A stretch of 61,197 nt of DNA, counting the filler, from Porpidia crustulata (taxonomy: Eukaryota), in assembly GCA_964255105.1 (NCBI GenBank). It is 12 parts of 12 records of this genome, joined end to end, with 100 filler letters (N's around TTAATTAATTAA, not from the genome) between each part and the next. Parts side by side here need not be neighbours in the genome. Positions count along the whole stretch, not along the records: positions 56,212 to 61,197 come from CAXUWE010001941.1; 11 more parts are not named here. One strand, written 5' to 3'. Position 1 is the stretch's first letter. Each line of letters starts with the position of its first letter. A program made the translations under genes and the position numbers. This document shows, piece after piece, positions 60,848 through 61,197 of the stretch. The notes below the pieces were generated by a model, which searched no databases, was not told the origin of the DNA, and was given only the letters and a program-made list of their open reading frames with translations.

Positions 60848-61197
60848 TCCGGACCCATCGCTTCAGTTTTAATAACCTCTAGAAGCGGCAGCAATCGTGG
60901 TCCAGGTAAATATCAAACGGCAGCTTCAGAGGGCTACTTTTCCTTTGAAGGTTCTACTATAGGCTCGTATAAGCTGGTGAGGGTCGTATTGGGCGCTGGA
61001 GCCAATTTGGCTATGAATTATGATGATGATAAATCCTCCAATAGGTTTCGCACCAACCCTGAATATCGAGGAGGGATCGCGGGGTATCGCCTTATGCAAA
61101 AGTCTGGAGTCGATTTTGAAAATTAAAAAAAAAAATGTTACGATCTGTGATGGGTTAGACCCATTAATTGGATTAGGTACTACGTACCTGCATTCTC

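Noticed and set aside
1..61197. Any operon- or cluster-like relationship across segments (e.g. the two SDRs plus the Gfo/Idh/MocA oxidoreductase, or the NLR with contig 11)
   Set aside because: The genes lie on different contigs, so adjacency is an artefact.

Overview
This window is not one locus. It is 12 unrelated ~5-kb contigs (5024, 5019, 5015, 5015, 5014, 5013, 5009, 5008, 5007, 4999, 4988, 4986 bp; length-sorted) joined by an artificial 100-nt linker (N44-TTAATTAATTAA-N44, stops in all six frames). Adjacency across linkers is meaningless. The DNA is from a filamentous ascomycete (short GT-AG introns with CTRAY branch sites). Recognisable genes: myo-inositol transporter, alanine-glyoxylate aminotransferase, VPS29, Ulp1 SUMO protease, IZH3-type PAQR protein, Pol III largest subunit, shugoshin, DAD2, a DENND11/Anr2-like protein, two SDRs, a Gfo/Idh/MocA oxidoreductase and a HeLo-like-NACHT-ankyrin-ZZ NLR, plus several hypothetical genes and pseudogenes. 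Main leads: (1) two tandem single-pass receptors that each carry one of two consecutive Rax2 ectodomain modules and each end in six 9-residue repeats; (2) a gene-poor contig with three small orphan ORFs sharing an ungapped 44-aa motif; (3) an AGX1 N-terminal extension with a PTS2 motif lying upstream of the first AUG, suggesting non-AUG initiation; (4) an SGO1-DAD2-TPX2-like trio sharing RFX+forkhead promoter motifs. All family assignments come from motif recognition by eye; no database searches were run.
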